A program made the position numbers and the translations under genes. From the NCBI RefSeq assembly GCF_003018255.1, contig NZ_CP027440.1: a stretch of DNA of 64,000 nt. One strand, given 5' to 3'. The notes beneath the pieces are model-generated. The model worked only from the letters and a program-made list of their open reading frames with translations. It was not told where the DNA came from and ran no database searches. Shown here in pieces: positions 35,103 to 46,587 of this stretch; positions within the stretch are counted from its first letter, which is position 1, and the number at the start of each line of letters is the position of its first letter. This DNA comes from Escherichia coli (GTDB taxonomy: Bacteria > Pseudomonadota > Gammaproteobacteria > Enterobacterales > Enterobacteriaceae).

Positions 35103-35867
35103 TTAACCTTTCTGCTCGACGGAAATCATGGTGACAAAAGGATAGCGTTGCCACGGGATTGCCTCGCCTTTCATATACATATGTGAAATTGTGCCATCAA
35201 GATAAAGCAGCTGCCCAACGTTCAGTTTCGCTTTGGCATAACAGGCAAAATCATAAAAATTTGTCGCCTGCTGGCTCAACAAAAACACGGCGTTCCCATG
35301 TTTATTAATCCCAACACCGTTACGAATTTTACGTGAGGCGACGTTGGGATGAATACGCGGATTAATTACACCGTTTTCCATCAACAATGGCCCTGACTGC
35401 ACCGCAAACTGAATCTCTTTACTGGTTTTAAAGGCATCCAGACGAACGATGCCGACTTTATCTCCCGCGACATAAAACACTCCGCCAGGACGAATAAAGA
35501 AATTCCCTTCACCTGAAGCGAGATTTAACGCCACCTTCTGCTGACCGTTTTCGATGTACAAACCGAGCGGCGCATAGCTTTCATCATAGATGCCGCCGTT
35601 CATCGCCATCTGCACCTGACCCTGACTATTAATATCCGCCAGCAGAGCATGTAACGTTCCCCACGCTTCGCCATTGGCTTTTTGCCAGTACATTTTCACC
35701 CGCTCTGTTTGAGGATTAACGGTATACGCCTGTACGGTCAGCGTCGGATCTGAGGGTGCGCAATCATCAGCGGCAACAGCAAACAAGGGAAGTAAGGTGA
35801 GGGTGAGAAAAATCCGTTTGAGATTCAAGGTGATCATTCCTTTACCAATGAATAGCCGATGCGCCAT
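35103..35867 (-). CDS. yigE: DUF2233 protein YigE
   Basis: 254 aa with signal peptide; synteny upstream of corA. Confidence 0.75.
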   Translation of the reverse strand: MAHRLFIGKGMITLNLKRIFLTLTLLPLFAVAADDCAPSDPTLTVQAYTVNPQTERVKMYWQKANGEAWGTLHALLADINSQGQVQMAMNGGIYDESYAPLGLYIENGQQKVALNLASGEGNFFIRPGGVFYVAGDKVGIVRLDAFKTSKEIQFAVQSGPLLMENGVINPRIHPNVASRKIRNGVGINKHGNAVFLLSQQATNFYDFACYAKAKLNVGQLLYLDGTISHMYMKGEAIPWQRYPFVTMISVEQKG

Positions 35868-36236
35868 TATAGGCCCTGGATGTGGGATTTTTTTATCCTG
35901 TTAGCGACCTTGACGAGTACCAAAAAGCGCGAAGTTCAACTATTGTTCTGTGGTGTTCTGTTGCGTGTTGACGGCAAAATTTTGCTGGCGTAACATGCGC
36001 GCACGATCACTCTAAGAGGACATTCGCCTTGGACACACCCAGTAGATACTGGCTCACTATCCTGTCATCCAGGATCAACTCCTAAGGCTATCCCTTTTTG
36101 CTGATAGCCTTAGCGGTTGTCAGCGACCTCAATTTTTCCCGTCGCGCTGAGTCAGGCTGTTTAATGGTCTGAAACCCAATTTGTTTCTGTGTGCCCACCG
36201 AACTGTCCGATATTTTAAGCATTGGGAGTCCCGGTC

Positions 36237-37187
36237 ATGCTGAGCGCATTTCAACTGGAAAATAACCGACTGACCCGGCTGGAAGTCGAAGAGTCACAAC
36301 CCCTTGTAAATGCAGTATGGATTGATCTTGTCGAACCGGACGACGACGAGCGACTGCGCGTACAATCTGAACTTGGTCAGAGCCTGGCAACCCGCCCGGA
36401 ACTGGAAGACATCGAAGCATCGGCACGTTTCTTTGAAGACGATGACGGCCTGCATATTCACTCCTTCTTCTTCTTTGAAGATGCGGAAGATCACGCCGGT
36501 AACTCTACTGTGGCATTTACCATCCGTGATGGTCGTCTGTTTACTCTGCGTGAGCGTGAACTGCCTGCATTCCGTCTGTATCGTATGCGCGCCCGTAGCC
36601 AGTCAATGGTGGACGGTAACGCCTACGAGCTGCTGTTGGATCTGTTCGAAACCAAAATCGAACAGTTGGCGGATGAAATTGAAAACATCTACAGCGATCT
36701 GGAGCAGTTGAGCCGGGTGATTATGGAAGGGCATCAGGGCGATGAGTACGACGAGGCGCTCTCCACGCTGGCGGAACTGGAAGATATCGGCTGGAAAGTT
36801 CGCCTGTGTCTGATGGATACCCAGCGTGCGCTCAACTTCCTGGTACGTAAAGCACGCTTACCGGGTGGGCAACTGGAGCAGGCGCGTGAAATCCTGCGAG
36901 ATATCGAATCCCTGCTGCCGCATAACGAATCCCTGTTCCAGAAGGTGAACTTCCTGATGCAGGCGGCGATGGGCTTTATCAATATCGAGCAGAACCGCAT
37001 CATCAAAATCTTCTCGGTGGTATCCGTGGTGTTCCTGCCACCGACGCTGGTCGCTTCCAGCTACGGGATGAACTTTGAGTTTATGCCGGAACTGAAGTGG
37101 AGCTTCGGCTACCCAGGCGCGATTATCTTTATGATCCTCGCGGGCCTGGCACCGTATCTGTACTTTAAGCGGAAGAACTGGTTGTAA
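36237..37187 (+). CDS. corA: magnesium/cobalt transporter CorA
   Basis: 316 aa from ATG 36237 ([12 protein letters not shown]); C-terminal [11 protein letters not shown] with the GMN signature and two TM helices; long 5' leader upstream. Confidence 0.9.
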   Translation: MLSAFQLENNRLTRLEVEESQPLVNAVWIDLVEPDDDERLRVQSELGQSLATRPELEDIEASARFFEDDDGLHIHSFFFFEDAEDHAGNSTVAFTIRDGRLFTLRERELPAFRLYRMRARSQSMVDGNAYELLLDLFETKIEQLADEIENIYSDLEQLSRVIMEGHQGDEYDEALSTLAELEDIGWKVRLCLMDTQRALNFLVRKARLPGGQLEQAREILRDIESLLPHNESLFQKVNFLMQAAMGFINIEQNRIIKIFSVVSVVFLPPTLVASSYGMNFEFMPELKWSFGYPGAIIFMILAGLAPYLYFKRKNWL

Positions 37188-37222
37188 TATAAATGCCGGG
37201 TAAAGATTGTTCTTTATCCGGC

Positions 37223-37720
37223 TTATTGCTGAAAATTGTCTTTTTCAAAGTCATGCGGGTTGAACACTCGCTCTATCTTATTTTCCTGGGTTAGTTGATA
37301 CTCATTGTTATCAGCAATAAAAAAATGAGTATTACGGTAAGGATATTCATTAATAACCATTAAATAGTTTTTTACGATGCAATTATCATTGCTCTTAATC
37401 GTCGGGAAACAGTAGAGATCTTCATACGGCCCTTCGATATATTTTTTATAGTCAGTGAAGCCATTACCGATATCAATAACATACCAGGTATGCCAACTAC
37501 CTTCTGGTAGGGGATGTTGATTTTTAATTTCATTCTGACGCTTCAGATACCAATTTATTTTATCGCTGTCAGTCCATGGCAGATGATCAACGACCAGAAA
37601 GACTGAATTGCCAGCATCAGAGTATGTATACAAAATCTGTACAGGACGCAATGTCCATAAATTATAGATGCAGCATAGAAGAAATAAACATAATATAATT
37701 TTCTGGAGTTTGCTTTTCAT
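37223..37720 (-). CDS. DUF943-like small membrane protein (accessory, possible immunity-like partner)
   Basis: 165 aa, AT-rich codon usage; N-terminal TM helix (IILCLFLLCCIYNLW); start overlaps upstream gene stop (ATGA-type coupling at 37717-37720). Confidence 0.45.
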   Translation of the reverse strand: MKSKLQKIILCLFLLCCIYNLWTLRPVQILYTYSDAGNSVFLVVDHLPWTDSDKINWYLKRQNEIKNQHPLPEGSWHTWYVIDIGNGFTDYKKYIEGPYEDLYCFPTIKSNDNCIVKNYLMVINEYPYRNTHFFIADNNEYQLTQENKIERVFNPHDFEKDNFQQ

Positions 37721-38565
37721 AGATAATTTTCGATTCTTTCTATAGTGTTAAAATTGGTGAAAAAAGGTTTGAAAGCAAAGTCTTTATGCCGTTGTAAAAA
37801 GAACCATATGCGAAAAAATCTATATTTGCTATAAGTCTTGTTTTTGATATCAGTTACATCAAGACCGAAGTGGTCCTGTGCTACAAAATGAATTGTTGCA
37901 CTCCATCCTATAGCGTATTTTTGAAAACTTAAAAGAGATATTTTTTGAGCTGAAATATCATGAACACTGATTCCTAAGCCATTAAAACTGTCCTCGAAGT
38001 CATTAAATTTATTTAGTCTTGATGAAAGTAATTCGGTCTTAATCTTTTGTAGGAGAAGAGGCCGGTATCCTATCGTAGGTGTTGAAGAAATATCATTTTC
38101 GATACATTCTTTGATTACACGTATTGGGCTATTATAATCATATTTGTTTATTCGTTCATGAAAAGATAAGTTCAATTCCTGGCTATGGAAACTGTTGCCA
38201 TTTCCATATCTAAAATGATCAATCAGATCCTGGATGAGTGTTTTGTATTGTCCAAAAAAGGAAAACATTTTTGCCAGATCTTTCATTTCTGCAAATAAAA
38301 TATCAATACATTCACTTTGTGATATTTTTGTTCCAGAAGTTGGAACACTAAAAGCACCATAAGTAGAATTCGGCCCAGGAAAATGGTATTTAATGAGGCG
38401 GTAAGGATCAACTTTTGCAGAGATGTCGCTCAAGCCGAGTGAGAGAAAATCTTGTTCTTCCATATCCCCATATTGCATATCATCAGCAGAAAAATCATCG
38501 AATAAAGTAATAGTTTCGAAAAGTGTACAGGGCATATTAATTGATGAGCCTAATATGTTGTTCAT
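37717..38565 (-). CDS. DUF3289-like protein (accessory, function unknown)
   Basis: 282 aa, AT-rich; no signal peptide; sizes and sequence do not fit the K-12 yigF/yigG pair (~126 aa each, from memory) that occupies this corA-rarD slot; family assignment tentative. Confidence 0.45.
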   Translation of the reverse strand: MNNILGSSINMPCTLFETITLFDDFSADDMQYGDMEEQDFLSLGLSDISAKVDPYRLIKYHFPGPNSTYGAFSVPTSGTKISQSECIDILFAEMKDLAKMFSFFGQYKTLIQDLIDHFRYGNGNSFHSQELNLSFHERINKYDYNSPIRVIKECIENDISSTPTIGYRPLLLQKIKTELLSSRLNKFNDFEDSFNGLGISVHDISAQKISLLSFQKYAIGWSATIHFVAQDHFGLDVTDIKNKTYSKYRFFRIWFFLQRHKDFAFKPFFTNFNTIERIENYL

Positions 38566-38875
38566 TTATATTCTCCTTTCTTATAATTAAGGGCAATGTT
38601 AATTTGATAAGAAATAATAGGCTAAAAAAATTTTAAAAAAGAAATGCACTTCACATTTTTCATTACATTCTGAAGAGAACTTGGTTAATGATTGGTCTTG
38701 CTCATCGCTAATAACATAATGCTGAATTTACCAAAAATGAAATTTATTAAAGCAAATGAAAATATACAACGACGTCTGGAAATTCTGCCTTTCCTTATGT
38801 GAGTCTCCTGTCAGCATGGCAATATGCCCACTCTCATGCAAGAGTCGGCATATTTTTTCAGAATATATTTATTTT

Positions 38876-39766
38876 TTATTTGGCCGTTCTACGCTGCGTA
38901 TAAATCGCATCCATCACAAAAATTGCCAGCGCCACCCAAATAAAGGTGAAAGTCACCATCTTATCGGCACCCGGTTTTTCACCATAAAACGTCACTGCCA
39001 ACAGGAACATTAGCGTCGGCCCAATGTACTGGAAAAAGCCTAATGTTGAGAGTCGTAAGCGTGTAGCTGCTGCGGTAAAACATAACAGTGGCACGGTGGT
39101 GACAATACCGGCGGCGATCAGCAGTAAATTCAGCGACATCGGGTTTTGCCCCATATGGCTGGTTGAGCTGTCGGCAATAGCAAACAGGTAAATCGCCGCC
39201 ACGGGCAGCAGCCACATGGTTTCGATTAACATGCCGGTTTGCGCTTCAACGGCAATTTTCTTGCGTACCAGGCCGTAGAAGGCAAAACTAAACGCCAGCC
39301 CCAGCGCGATGATTGGCAGCGAACCAAAAGTCCAGAGCTGGACCAATACACCACATATCGCCAGAATCACCGCCAGCCATTGCATCCGGCGGAATCGCTC
39401 GCCGAGGAAAATCATCCCCAGCACAATGTTCACCAGCGGGTTAATAAAGTAACCAAGGCTCGCTTCCAGCATATGGTGATTGTTCACCGCCCAGATAAAC
39501 AGTAGCCAGTTGCCACCAATCAGCACGGCAGAGACTGCCAGCATGAAGATTTTCTTTGGTGTCTGAATCAGCGTTTTTAAATAGGACCACTGGCGGCAAA
39601 TGCTCATCAGCACCACCATAAAGAAAAACGACCAGATCACGCGATGCGTCAGGATCTCATCGGCGGGCACGTAGTAAATCAGCTTGAAGTACGCTGGCGC
39701 AATACCCCAAATAAAATAAGCGGCAAGAGCGAGTAATACGCCCTGCCGCGTTTGTTTGGTGTCCAT
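38876..39766 (-). CDS. rarD: EamA/DMT-family transporter RarD
   Basis: 296 aa from ATG at 39766 (MDTKQTRQGVLLALAAYFIWG); 10-TM DMT transporter. Confidence 0.85.
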   Translation of the reverse strand: MDTKQTRQGVLLALAAYFIWGIAPAYFKLIYYVPADEILTHRVIWSFFFMVVLMSICRQWSYLKTLIQTPKKIFMLAVSAVLIGGNWLLFIWAVNNHHMLEASLGYFINPLVNIVLGMIFLGERFRRMQWLAVILAICGVLVQLWTFGSLPIIALGLAFSFAFYGLVRKKIAVEAQTGMLIETMWLLPVAAIYLFAIADSSTSHMGQNPMSLNLLLIAAGIVTTVPLLCFTAAATRLRLSTLGFFQYIGPTLMFLLAVTFYGEKPGADKMVTFTFIWVALAIFVMDAIYTQRRTAK

Positions 39767-39817
39767 TGGCAAAACTCATTTTTTATTGGTAAAAGCAGTT
39801 TACCTGCTTTTACGTTA

Positions 39818-40285
39818 TCAACCTACCATATAGGTGGCGGTGGCACTGGCTATATAAAGCTGTTCTTCATTGTGTAATTCAACGCGGGCAACGGCGACTT
39901 TATTGCCTGCACGCAACAGACTACTGGTAGCAGTAAAACGCTCGCCCCTGCCTGGGCGCAGATAATCGACGCGAAGATCAATGGTCCCCATCCGCGATAG
40001 CCGCTGGCGTAGTTCATCTTCACTGATGGTTTCGTGGCGGGTTAAGGTACTTCCCACGCACACCAGACCTGCGGCGACATCCAGCGCCGACGCAATGACC
40101 CCGCCGTGCAAAATGCTTTGCGCCCAGTTACCCACCATCATTGGCTGATTTTTAAAGGCCAGCTGTGCGAACTCTTTTTCGTAACGCTCCAGTTCCATCC
40201 CCAATGCGCGGTTAAATGGCATGTGATAAACAAACATCTCACCCACTAATTTCAGGGCTTGTTCAGCGGTCAGTACGGCAGACAT
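39818..40285 (-). CDS. yigI: hotdog-fold acyl-CoA thioesterase YigI
   Basis: 155 aa from ATG at 40285 ([18 protein letters not shown]); PaaI/4HBT-like thioesterase fold. Confidence 0.8.
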   Translation of the reverse strand: MSAVLTAEQALKLVGEMFVYHMPFNRALGMELERYEKEFAQLAFKNQPMMVGNWAQSILHGGVIASALDVAAGLVCVGSTLTRHETISEDELRQRLSRMGTIDLRVDYLRPGRGERFTATSSLLRAGNKVAVARVELHNEEQLYIASATATYMVG

Positions 40286-40449
40286 ATCATCCTTACACCT
40301 CATTGGTTAATGAAATGTTGATTTTATGCTTCTTAATTGTGGTTTTCTACTTTAGGAAGGGATAACTAACGGCAAAGGAGTTAAGTATGTAAAATAGCCC
40401 GCAGAAAAATATTCATCTAATCAATAATTCGTTACGGAGAACACGACCG

Positions 40450-41319
40450 ATGCGGACTCTGCAGGGCTGGTTGTTGCCGGTGTTTATGTTGCCAATGGCA
40501 GTGTATGCGCAAGAGGCAACGGTAAAAGAGGTGCATGACGCGCCTGCGGTGCGTGGCAGTATTATTGCGAATATGCTGCAGGAGCATGACAATCCTTTCA
40601 CGCTCTATCCTTATGACACCAACTACCTCATCTACACCCAAACCAGCGATCTGAACAAAGAAGCGATCGCCAGTTATGACTGGGCGGAAAACGCGCGTAA
40701 GGATGAAGTGAAATTCCAGTTGAGCCTGGCATTTCCGCTGTGGCGCGGAATATTGGGGCCAAACTCGGTGTTGGGGGCTTCTTACACGCAAAAATCCTGG
40801 TGGCAACTGTCCAATAGCGAAGAGTCTTCACCGTTTCGTGAAACCAACTACGAACCGCAATTGTTCCTTGGTTTTGCCACCGATTACCGCTTTGCTGGCT
40901 GGACGCTGCGCGATGTGGAGATGGGTTATAACCACGACTCTAACGGGCGTTCAGACCCGACTTCCCGCAGCTGGAACCGCCTTTATACCCGTCTGATGGC
41001 AGAAAACGGTAACTGGCTGGTAGAGGTGAAGCCGTGGTATGTGGTGGGGAATACTGACGATAACCCAGATATCACCAAATATATGGGTTACTACCAGCTT
41101 AAAATCGGCTATCACCTGGGTGATGCGGTGCTGAGTGCGAAAGGACAGTACAACTGGAACACCGGTTACGGTGGTGCGGAGTTAGGCTTAAGTTACCCGA
41201 TCACCAGGCATGTGCGCCTTTATACCCAGGTTTACAGCGGTTATGGCGAATCGCTCATCGACTATAACTTTAACCAGACCCGTGTGGGTGTGGGGGTTAT
41301 GCTGAACGACTTGTTCTAA
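40450..41319 (+). CDS. pldA: outer membrane phospholipase A
   Basis: 289 aa; signal peptide; OMPLA catalytic region YNHDSNGRSD (His-Ser-Asn triad context); C-terminal beta-barrel ending in F. Confidence 0.9.
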   Translation: MRTLQGWLLPVFMLPMAVYAQEATVKEVHDAPAVRGSIIANMLQEHDNPFTLYPYDTNYLIYTQTSDLNKEAIASYDWAENARKDEVKFQLSLAFPLWRGILGPNSVLGASYTQKSWWQLSNSEESSPFRETNYEPQLFLGFATDYRFAGWTLRDVEMGYNHDSNGRSDPTSRSWNRLYTRLMAENGNWLVEVKPWYVVGNTDDNPDITKYMGYYQLKIGYHLGDAVLSAKGQYNWNTGYGGAELGLSYPITRHVRLYTQVYSGYGESLIDYNFNQTRVGVGVMLNDLF

Positions 41320-41450
41320 TGTGAGTTGATTGAAAGGCAAAACTGGAATCCAGTATCCAGGATTACCCTCTCAGAGACTAAAAGCATTGCAGTTTCTCGC
41401 GCAGGCGCTGAAAATAGCGCCTGTTTTTATTTCAGGCAATCGGGGTTAAT

Positions 41451-43280
41451 GTGGCGCAGGCGGAAGTGTTGAATCTGGAGTCCGGAGCTAAACAGGTTTT
41501 ACAAGAAACCTTTGGCTACCAACAGTTTCGCCCCGGCCAGGAAGAGATTATCGACACCGTACTTTCCGGTCGCGATTGCCTGGTCGTCATGCCCACTGGT
41601 GGCGGAAAATCCCTTTGCTATCAAATTCCTGCCTTACTGCTAAACGGTCTTACCGTGGTTGTTTCACCACTGATTTCGTTGATGAAAGATCAGGTGGATC
41701 AGCTACAGGCCAACGGTGTGGCGGCGGCGTGCCTTAACTCGACGCAAACCCGCGAGCAGCAGCTTGAAGTGATGACAGGCTGTCGCACCGGGCAAATTCG
41801 TCTGCTTTATATCGCCCCGGAACGCCTGATGCTGGATAACTTTCTTGAGCATCTGGCGCACTGGAATCCGGTGTTATTAGCCGTTGATGAAGCGCACTGT
41901 ATCTCCCAATGGGGCCACGATTTCCGCCCGGAATATGCCGCGCTCGGTCAGTTGCGCCAGCGGTTCCCGACGCTGCCGTTTATGGCGCTAACCGCCACCG
42001 CCGACGACACCACGCGGCAGGATATCGTGCGCCTGCTGGGGCTGAACGATCCGCTGATTCAAATTAGCAGTTTTGACCGTCCGAATATTCGCTACATGCT
42101 GATGGAGAAATTCAAACCGCTCGATCAGTTGATGCGTTATGTACAGGAACAACGCGGTAAGTCGGGGATTATTTACTGTAATAGTCGTGCGAAAGTAGAA
42201 GACACCGCCGCGCGTCTGCAAAGCAAGGGTATCAGCGCAGCGGCTTATCACGCCGGGCTTGAAAACGATGTCCGTGCGGACGTGCAGGAAAAATTCCAGC
42301 GTGATGACCTGCAAATTGTGGTGGCGACGGTAGCGTTCGGCATGGGCATCAACAAGCCTAACGTCCGCTTCGTGGTTCACTTTGATATTCCACGCAATAT
42401 CGAATCCTATTATCAGGAAACCGGTCGCGCCGGGCGTGATGGCCTGCCCGCGGAAGCGATGCTGTTTTACGATCCGGCTGATATGGCGTGGCTGCGCCGT
42501 TGTCTGGAAGAGAAGCCGCAGGGGCAGTTGCAGGATATCGAGCGCCATAAACTCAATGCGATGGGCGCTTTTGCCGAAGCGCAAACTTGCCGTCGTCTGG
42601 TGCTGCTGAACTACTTTGGCGAAGGGCGGCAGGAGCCGTGCGGGAACTGCGATATCTGCCTCGATCCGCCGAAACAATACGATGGTTCAACCGATGCGCA
42701 GATTGCGCTTTCCACCATTGGTCGTGTGAATCAGCGTTTTGGGATGGGCTATGTAGTGGAAGTGATTCGCGGCGCCAATAACCAGCGAATCCGCGACTAT
42801 GGTCATGACAAACTGAAAGTCTACGGCATGGGCCGCGATAAAAGTCATGAGCACTGGGTGAGCGTAATCCGCCAGTTGATTCATCTCGGTCTGGTGACGC
42901 AAAACATCGCCCAGCATTCGGCATTACAACTGACAGAAGCCGCACGCCCGGTGTTGCGCGGCGAATCCTCTTTACAACTTGCCGTGCCGCGTATTGTGGC
43001 GCTCAAACCGAAAGCAATGCAGAAATCTTTCGGTGGCAATTACGATCGCAAACTGTTCGCCAAATTACGCAAACTGCGTAAATCGATTGCCGATGAAAGT
43101 AATGTCCCGCCGTATGTGGTGTTTAACGATGCGACCTTGATTGAGATGGCGGAACAGATGCCGATCTCCGCCAGCGAAATGCTCAGCGTTAACGGCGTTG
43201 GGATGCGCAAGCTGGAACGCTTTGGCAAACCGTTTATGGCGCTAATTCGTGCGCATGTCGATGGCGATGACGAAGAGTAG
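41451..43280 (+). CDS. recQ: ATP-dependent DNA helicase RecQ
   Basis: 609 aa; Walker [17 protein letters not shown] box ([15 protein letters not shown]), zinc-binding Cys cluster (CGNCDIC), C-terminal HRDC domain. Confidence 0.9.
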   Translation: MAQAEVLNLESGAKQVLQETFGYQQFRPGQEEIIDTVLSGRDCLVVMPTGGGKSLCYQIPALLLNGLTVVVSPLISLMKDQVDQLQANGVAAACLNSTQTREQQLEVMTGCRTGQIRLLYIAPERLMLDNFLEHLAHWNPVLLAVDEAHCISQWGHDFRPEYAALGQLRQRFPTLPFMALTATADDTTRQDIVRLLGLNDPLIQISSFDRPNIRYMLMEKFKPLDQLMRYVQEQRGKSGIIYCNSRAKVEDTAARLQSKGISAAAYHAGLENDVRADVQEKFQRDDLQIVVATVAFGMGINKPNVRFVVHFDIPRNIESYYQETGRAGRDGLPAEAMLFYDPADMAWLRRCLEEKPQGQLQDIERHKLNAMGAFAEAQTCRRLVLLNYFGEGRQEPCGNCDICLDPPKQYDGSTDAQIALSTIGRVNQRFGMGYVVEVIRGANNQRIRDYGHDKLKVYGMGRDKSHEHWVSVIRQLIHLGLVTQNIAQHSALQLTEAARPVLRGESSLQLAVPRIVALKPKAMQKSFGGNYDRKLFAKLRKLRKSIADESNVPPYVVFNDATLIEMAEQMPISASEMLSVNGVGMRKLERFGKPFMALIRAHVDGDDEE

Positions 43281-43343
43281 TCAGCAGCATAAAAAAGTGC
43301 CAGGATGAAGACTCCGTAAACGATTTCTCCGCGAGTCAATTGA

Positions 43344-43964
43344 ATGTTGATGTTATTCCTCACCGTTGCCATGGTGCACATTGTGGCGCTTATGAGCCCC
43401 GGTCCCGATTTCTTCTTTGTTTCTCAGACCGCTGTCAGTCGTTCCCGTAAAGAGGCGATGATGGGCGTGCTGGGCATTACCTGCGGCGTAATGGTCTGGG
43501 CAGGGATCGCGTTGCTTGGCCTGCATTTGATTATCGAAAAAATGGCCTGGCTGCATACGCTGATTATGGTGGGCGGTGGCCTGTATCTCTGCTGGATGGG
43601 TTATCAGATGCTGCGTAGCGCACTGAAAAAAGAGGTCGTTTCTGCGCCTGCGCCACAGGTAGAACTGGCAAAAAGCGGGCGCAGTTTCCTGAAAGGCTTA
43701 CTGACCAATCTCGCCAATCCGAAAGCAATTATCTACTTTGGTTCGGTATTCTCGCTGTTTGTCGGCGATAACGTCGGCACCACTGAGCGCTGGGGCATTT
43801 TCGCGTTGATTATTATCGAAACACTGGCATGGTTTACGGTGGTTGCCAGCCTGTTTGCTCTACCGCAAATGCGCCGTGGTTATCAACGTCTGGCGAAGTG
43901 GATTGATGGTTTTGCCGGGGCGTTATTTGCCGGATTTGGCATTCATTTGATTATTTCTCGTTGA
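43344..43964 (+). CDS. rhtC: threonine efflux protein (LysE/RhtB family)
   Basis: 206 aa 6-TM LysE-family exporter; convergent with rhtB as in K-12. Confidence 0.85.
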   Translation: MLMLFLTVAMVHIVALMSPGPDFFFVSQTAVSRSRKEAMMGVLGITCGVMVWAGIALLGLHLIIEKMAWLHTLIMVGGGLYLCWMGYQMLRSALKKEVVSAPAPQVELAKSGRSFLKGLLTNLANPKAIIYFGSVFSLFVGDNVGTTERWGIFALIIIETLAWFTVVASLFALPQMRRGYQRLAKWIDGFAGALFAGFGIHLIISR

Positions 43965-43987
43965 TGCCAAACGCTTCATCAGAGTAA

Positions 43988-44017
43988 GTCGGATAAGGCG
44001 TTTATGCCGCATCCGAC
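43988..44017. repeat. REP palindromic unit
   Basis: GTCGGATAAGGCGTTTATGCCGCATCCGAC between the convergent rhtC and rhtB genes. Confidence 0.7.
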
Positions 44018-44025
44018 ATTATTTT

Positions 44026-44646
44026 TCACGCATGCCTCGCCGATGCCAACAACGCTCCTACCAGCATAAACAGCGAGCCAAAAATCTTATTCAATGCCTT
44101 CATCTGTTTCGGCCCTTTTATCCATAACGCAATCCGTTGAGCAAGTGTGGCGTAACCGATCATCACAATAATATCGACCACAATAGTGGTGACGCCGAGC
44201 ACGATATACTGCATCAGTTGTGGCTGCTGCGGCATGATGAATTGCGGAAATAGCGCCGCCAGAAACACAATACTTTTGGGATTGGTGAGATTGACAAAAA
44301 CTGCGCGCTGGAACAAATGTCGACGCGATTGAGTAGAGGCCAGCGGTTTAAGATCAATTGCGCCAGCGGCGCGCCACTGCTGGATCCCAAGCCAAATCAA
44401 GTAAGCTGCGCCTGCCCACTTCAACACTTCAAACGCAATCACTGAGCGGGAAAATAGCGTCCCCAACCCCACGCCAACCAGCACAATATGAATCGCCAGT
44501 CCGGTCTGAAGCCCAGCAATAGACGCCACCGCGCCGCGATAACCGTGGTTGAGCGAGGTGGTCATGGTGTTGATTGCACCAGAGCCTGGCGACAGGCTTA
44601 AAATGATCGATGTCAGCAGGTAGGCAAACCACCATTCTAAGGTCAT
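44026..44646 (-). CDS. rhtB: homoserine/homoserine lactone efflux protein (LysE/RhtB family)
   Basis: 206 aa LysE-family exporter ([27 protein letters not shown]). Confidence 0.85.
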   Translation of the reverse strand: MTLEWWFAYLLTSIILSLSPGSGAINTMTTSLNHGYRGAVASIAGLQTGLAIHIVLVGVGLGTLFSRSVIAFEVLKWAGAAYLIWLGIQQWRAAGAIDLKPLASTQSRRHLFQRAVFVNLTNPKSIVFLAALFPQFIMPQQPQLMQYIVLGVTTIVVDIIVMIGYATLAQRIALWIKGPKQMKALNKIFGSLFMLVGALLASARHA

Positions 44647-44756
44647 GATGAACTCCCGGTGTGTCTATTTTTGTGCCACAATACGCTACTGTCGAAGCGT
44701 TGTGTCAGGCACGCTTAAAAAAACGATTTTACGTGGTTTAAGAGGCAGATTACCCG

Positions 44757-45779
44757 ATGTTTCAGCAGCAAAAAGACTGGGAAACAAGAGAAAACGCGTT
44801 TGCTGCTTTTACCATGGGACCGCTGACTGATTTCTGGCGTCAGCGTGATGAAGCAGAGTTTACTGGTGTAGATGACATTCCGGTGCGCTTTGTCCGTTTT
44901 CGCGCACAGCACCATGACCGGGTGATAGTCATCTGCCCGGGGCGTATTGAGAGCTACGTAAAATATGCGGAACTGGCCTACGACCTGTTCCATTTGGGGT
45001 TTGATGTCTTAATCATCGACCATCGCGGGCAGGGACGTTCCGGTCGCCTGTTAGCCGATCCGCATCTTGGGCATGTTAATCGCTTTAATGATTATGTCGA
45101 TGACCTGGCGGCATTCTGGCAACAGGAGGTCCAGCCTGGTCCGTGGCGTAAGCGCTATATACTGGCACATTCGATGGGCGGTGCGATCTCCACGTTATTT
45201 CTGCAACGCCATCCAGGTGTATGTGACGCCATTGCGCTAACTGCGCCAATGTTTGGGATCGTGATTCGTATGCCGTCATTTATGGCGCGGCAGATCCTTA
45301 ACTGGGCCGAAGCGCATCCACGTTTCCGTGATGGCTATGCAATAGGCACCGGGCGCTGGCGCGCGTTGCCGTTTGCTATCAACGTACTGACCCACAGCAG
45401 ACAGCGATATCGACGTAACTTACGCTTTTATGCTGATGACCCAACGATTCGCGTCGGTGGGCCGACCTACCATTGGGTACGCGAAAGTATTCTGGCTGGT
45501 GAACAGGTGTTAGCCGGTGCGGGTGATGACGCCACGCCAACGCTTCTCTTGCAGGCTGAAGAGGAACGCGTGGTGGATAACCGCATGCACGACCGTTTTT
45601 GTGAACTCCGCACCGCTGCGGGCCATCCTGTCGAAGGGGGACGACCGCTGGTAATTAAAGGTGCGTACCATGAGATCCTTTTTGAAAAGGACGCAATGCG
45701 CTCAGTCGCGCTCCACGCCATTGTTGATTTTTTCAACAGGCATAACTCACCCAGCGGAAACCGCTCTACAGAGGTTTAA
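44757..45779 (+). CDS. pldB: lysophospholipase L2
   Basis: 340 aa alpha/beta hydrolase with GHSMGG nucleophile elbow; divergent from rhtB. Confidence 0.85.
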   Translation: MFQQQKDWETRENAFAAFTMGPLTDFWRQRDEAEFTGVDDIPVRFVRFRAQHHDRVIVICPGRIESYVKYAELAYDLFHLGFDVLIIDHRGQGRSGRLLADPHLGHVNRFNDYVDDLAAFWQQEVQPGPWRKRYILAHSMGGAISTLFLQRHPGVCDAIALTAPMFGIVIRMPSFMARQILNWAEAHPRFRDGYAIGTGRWRALPFAINVLTHSRQRYRRNLRFYADDPTIRVGGPTYHWVRESILAGEQVLAGAGDDATPTLLLQAEEERVVDNRMHDRFCELRTAAGHPVEGGRPLVIKGAYHEILFEKDAMRSVALHAIVDFFNRHNSPSGNRSTEV

Positions 45780-45786
45780 ATTTCTT

Positions 45787-46587
45787 ATGTACCAGGTTGT
45801 TGCGTCTGATTTAGATGGCACGTTACTTTCTCCCGACCATACGTTATCCCCTTACGCCAAAGAAACTCTGAAGCTGCTCACCGCGCGCGGCATTAACTTT
45901 GTGTTTGCGACCGGTCGCCACCACGTTGATGTAGGGCAAATTCGCGATAATCTGGAGATTAAGTCTTACATGATTACCTCCAATGGCGCGCGTGTTCACG
46001 ATCTGGATGGCAATCTGATTTTTGCTCATAACCTGGATCGCGACATTGCCAGCGATCTGTTTGGCGTGGTCAACGACAACCCGGACATCATTACTAACGT
46101 TTATCGCGACGACGAATGGTTTATGAATCGCCACCGCCCGGAAGAGATGCGCTTTTTTAAAGAAGCAGTGTTCAAATATGCGCTGTATGAGCCAGGATTA
46201 CTGGAGCCGGAAGGCGTCAGCAAAGTGTTCTTCACCTGCGATTCTCATGAGCAACTGCTGCCGCTGGAGCAGGCAATCAACGCTCGTTGGGGCGATCGCG
46301 TCAACGTCAGCTTCTCTACCCTAACTTGTCTGGAAGTGATGGCGGGCGGCGTTTCAAAAGGCCATGCCCTGGAAGCGGTGGCGAAGAAACTGGGCTACAG
46401 TCTGAAAGATTGTATTGCCTTTGGTGACGGGATGAACGACGCCGAAATGCTGTCGATGGCAGGTAAAGGCTGCATTATGGGCAGTGCGCACCAGCGTCTG
46501 AAAGATCTGCATCCGGAGCTGGAAGTGATTGGTACTAATGCCGAAGACGCGGTGCCGCATTATCTGCGTAAACTCTATTTATCGTAA
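45787..46587 (+). CDS. yigL: HAD-family sugar phosphatase (pyridoxal phosphate phosphatase) YigL
   Basis: ORF track extends to 45661 inside pldB; ATG at 45787 (MYQVVASDLDGTLL, HAD motif I) gives the expected 266 aa Cof-type phosphatase. Confidence 0.85.
   Translation: MYQVVASDLDGTLLSPDHTLSPYAKETLKLLTARGINFVFATGRHHVDVGQIRDNLEIKSYMITSNGARVHDLDGNLIFAHNLDRDIASDLFGVVNDNPDIITNVYRDDEWFMNRHRPEEMRFFKEAVFKYALYEPGLLEPEGVSKVFFTCDSHEQLLPLEQAINARWGDRVNVSFSTLTCLEVMAGGVSKGHALEAVAKKLGYSLKDCIAFGDGMNDAEMLSMAGKGCIMGSAHQRLKDLHPELEVIGTNAEDAVPHYLRKLYLS

Noticed and set aside
36086-36113. Hairpin AAGGCTATC...GATAGCCTT upstream of corA
   Set aside because: Lies within the long corA 5' leader; possibly a leader structure but I cannot support a specific riboswitch or terminator call from sequence alone.
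41988-42677. 229 aa minus-strand ORF
   Set aside because: Antisense to recQ, whose helicase motifs are unambiguous on the plus strand.
45661-45786. N-terminal 42-codon extension of the yigL ORF
   Set aside because: Extension lies inside the pldB coding region; HAD motif I follows directly after the ATG at 45787.
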